Below are positions 60,982 through 64,000 of a stretch of DNA of 64,000 bases, piece after piece. Source of the DNA: Pristiophorus japonicus. Taxonomy: Eukaryota. A program made the position numbers and the translations under genes. The notes below the pieces were generated by a model. That model saw only the letters and a program-made list of their open reading frames with translations, searched no databases and was not told where the DNA came from. Position 1 is the first letter of the stretch. Each line of letters opens with the position of its first letter. The DNA is taken from contig NW_027254672.1 of assembly GCF_044704955.1 (NCBI RefSeq), positions 62,001 through 126,000 of the forward strand. Direction: 5' to 3'.

Positions 60982-62596
60982 TCAAGGTTTGTTAACTGCA
61001 GCCTCCCATCGACTCCGGAGCATCTGACTTCTCTTTTTACAAGAAATACACAACAGGTATATCACAATCAAACACTGTACAATGACGCGAGCATGTGAGC
61101 ATATCTGGATCCACGGAGGAACCTCCACACTTATACCAAGGTCCCACCAGGACGGGGCATTTATCCCTTTAATTCTTTCCCCTGTGTCCCGGTTCTTCTG
61201 TTCCAGCGTGAAATAATGTTTTTGGGGTTAGCTCGATGGCCTTTAATAACGTTGTTAGGTGTCCCGGCTCAAAAGGAATCTGATACCTGAACTGGGTAAT
61301 GTATTGTTGCAGGTTCGGGATCGTGTTGTTTACCGTAATGTGTACCGTGGATGGTTCTGGGATCGGAATAATACCTTCCTGTGCCACTTGAACTTCGGCG
61401 TGGGGTTTGAAGCAGAAAGTGCTGTCATTGCCGGACACCAAGTGTCCCGGTGCATTCGATACCGGTCCACACTCGTGGTTACACAGTATGTCCCGTCGCC
61501 CACATGTGCTACCTGAGGTGGGACGTGGCTCTAGGGCCTCACCTCCATGGGGCAATTGATGAGCTCGTGCCTCTTGGATTCAAACCCACACTCTGGCCGA
61601 TCGAATGCGTTCAAATGCTGGGGACACAATATGACGTGTGCACCCCTGCTCTGGCACCCCTTGTGGTCAGTGCCAGTCATGGCGTGCTCCCACTTTATAA
61701 CAAATGGTGGGACAGCATGATACCGCATGTGCACCCCATCCCGTACGCCCCCAATGTTCTCCACCCTGTATACCGGCGCTGGTTGTGATGTCCCACCCAT
61801 TACCGGCGTACACAACACTATCCCCATGATTGAGTGGTTGGACAGACCACAATCCACTGAGACTGATAGGCTTCAGAGGCTAGACACAGCTGACACGGGC
61901 TCATCGAATTACTGTACGGGCTGAGTGCTGCGAGGTGCTGGTTGCTGATCCATGGCGGGATGTGACCTTACTGGAGGTCCTCTAAATTACTGCACCCCTC
62001 GCTCAGCAACCAGGCACCGTACAACATGCACACTTCGTTTTGTGCTGCCTGCACCGAGGTATTCCTGTCCTCCAGTATTAATACATTTACAGTTTTTGCA
62101 TGTGTCTCCAGCTCTGCGATAGCCTTTAAATGGACAGTCATTGCCTGGTCCTCCTCTAACTCTGACCCTCCCACCGCGTTCCCTTCCCCAGGATTTTCCA
62201 CAGCTGGTCCTTGAAACCACTGATCTGCAGCTGCATGGTGTCCATGCTGTTGACCAGAGATGTACCCGCGCTAAACGCAGTAGTGACCTCATTGAGCACC
62301 CCTCGCCTCTGCCTCCCCGGACTAACGTTATCCCTCACTCCCATAGTGTACAATCTATCCCGACTCACATCCCCGTAACTGAGTTCAAAGAACTGGCGGA
62401 ACATTTCTCCAATGAGCACCTCATACAGCTGCTCAGTTTCTTTTAGACACCACTCAGGCAGATGTACCGCGGTTAGGTTTAACATGACCGATGCCACTGT
62501 GTAATGCAGCCCCTGGAATAAAACCTTTCTGGTCAGGACTAAAACTAAACCATTCCCTGGGCCTGGTGTGGTGGTGGGACACCTAACTTCTGTCAT
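60982..62596 (-). pseudogene. env: F-type class I fusion (env-like) glycoprotein remnant
   Basis: RQRR furin site followed by GVLNEVTTAFSAGTSLVNS and a heptad-like segment; Cys-rich middle (CPQH, ECGF, YCVTT, FCFKP); SWWD then a hydrophobic TM VIVQCLIVIYLLCISC and KKR; stop at 60982-60984. Several frameshifts and stops. Confidence 0.8.
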
Positions 62597-62624
62597 TACC
62601 GCGTGAAAGTTCGTGATCCGTTAG

Positions 62625-62851
62625 TCGTCGCCAATTTGTTATGTTCAGAATAAATTCACAGGACTATATCGCAAGTGCAAACTGTTGTGACCTTGGTCTC
62701 TTTATTCAGACTCCAGAGTGAGGAAGCAGCATGGTGAGTCACCTTTTATACCCGCTTGCCCCAGGTGCACAGGTGATCCTTAGGTCTCCCACAGGTGTGC
62801 CCCCTAGTGGCAAGTCTTACATTTTGACAAGGTTTACATCCATACATAATA
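62625..62851 (-). mobile_element. Gypsy-type 5' LTR (62637-62851) with PBS TGGCGACGA (62633-62625)
   Basis: About 215 bp with TATAAAA and AATAAA, ending AACA. Same PBS and layout as the Gypsy element at 4093. Confidence 0.8.
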
Positions 62852-63390
62852 TCGGCGAAGAGATTCGAAGTGCTGAGTGCCTTCCCGGATGCTCTTCCTC
62901 CACTTTGGGCAGTCTTGGGCCAAGGATTCCCAGGTGTTGGTGGGGATGTTACACTTTATCAAGGAGGCTTTGAGGGTGTCCTTGAAGTATTTCCTTTGCC
63001 CACCTGGGGCTCGCTTGCCGTGTCAAAGCTCCGCATAGAGCGCTTGCTTTGGGAGTCTCGTGTCGGGCATGCGGACCATGCGGCCCGCCCAATGGGGCTG
63101 ATCGAGCGTGGTCAGTGCTTCGATGCTTGGGATGTTGGCCTGAGCGAGAACACTGACATTGGTGCGTCTATCCTGCCAATGGATTTGCAGAATCTTGCGG
63201 AGGCAGCGTTGGTGGTACTTCTCCAGTGTTTTGAGGTGCCTACTGCACATAGTCCATGTCTCTGAGCCCTACAGGAGGGCGGGTATCACCACTGCCCTGT
63301 AGACCATACGCTTGGTGCCGGGTTTGAGGTCATGGTCTTCAAACACTCTCTTCCTCAGGTAACTAAAGGAGGCTGCACTGGCACACCTTG
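62852..63390 (-). mobile_element. RTE LINE fragment
   Basis: YHQRCLRKIL, WAG, DTRLPKQALY motifs. Confidence 0.88.
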
Positions 63391-63399
63391 TCAGTGATG

Positions 63400-64000
63400 T
63401 AAGAACATAATAAATCGGAGCAGGAGTAGGCCACCTGGACCCTCGAGCCTGCTCTGCCATTTAATAAGATCATGCTGATATGATCATGGAATCAGTTCCA
63501 CTTCCCTGCCCCCTCCACATAAACCTTTATTCGCTCAAAAATCTGTGGCAGAGATTTCCACAGATTTACAACCCTCTGAGAGAAGAAATTACTCCTCATT
63601 TCAGTTTTAAATGGGCGGCCCCTAATTCTGAGATTATGTCCCCTAGTTTTAGTTTCCCCCATCAGTGTAAATATCCTCTCTGCATCCACCTTGTCAAACC
63701 CCCTCATTATCTTATAAGTTTCAATAAGATCACCTCTCATTCTTCTGAACTCCAATGTGTATAGGCTCAACCTACTCAACCTAGCCTCACAAGTCAATCC
63801 CCTTCATCTCCGGAATCAACCTAGTGAAACTTCTCTGAACAGCCTCCAATGCAAGTATATCCTTCCTTAAATACGGAGGCCAAAACTGCACGCAGTACTC
63901 CAGGTGTGGCCTCTCTAATACCCTGTACAGTTGTAGCAGGACTTCTCTGCTTTTATACTCTATCCCCCTTGCAATAAAGGCCAACATTCCATTTGCCTTC
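63400..64000 (-). mobile_element. CR1 LINE 3' part
   Basis: LYRVLERPHLEYC and RRMRGDLIE motifs; aagaacata tail. Confidence 0.9.

Noticed and set aside
18439-62596. env at 61-62.6 kb as the missing env of the ERV at 18.4-23.7 kb
   Set aside because: Opposite strand, about 37 kb apart, and its LTR does not resemble 18439-19020.

Overview
Non-prokaryotic, repeat-dominated vertebrate DNA, most likely from a cartilaginous fish (shark-type CR1/HER1 LINE 3' tails, RTE LINEs, 5S rRNA, Ig-superfamily V exons; the taxon is inferred). Most of the window is nested, degenerate transposable elements: CR1, L2 and RTE LINEs, a Mag-like Gypsy element, two partial PIF/Harbinger elements, a class I-like ERV with a candidate 2H-phosphoesterase domain, an F-type env remnant between two unrelated LTRs, and DIRS-like remnants. 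Host-gene content is two paralogous, germline-joined V-J type Ig/TCR-like V exons on the minus strand (13423-13771 and 246-588). Each has a single frameshift, and the second is missing from the ORF track. Also present: a tRNA-Arg/5S rRNA head-to-tail pair captured inside a CR1, a 10-bp satellite, and two young tandem arrays (about 0.9 kb and 2.0 kb units). No intact protein-coding gene is evident. TE boundaries are approximate, and family calls come from motif recognition, not database searches.
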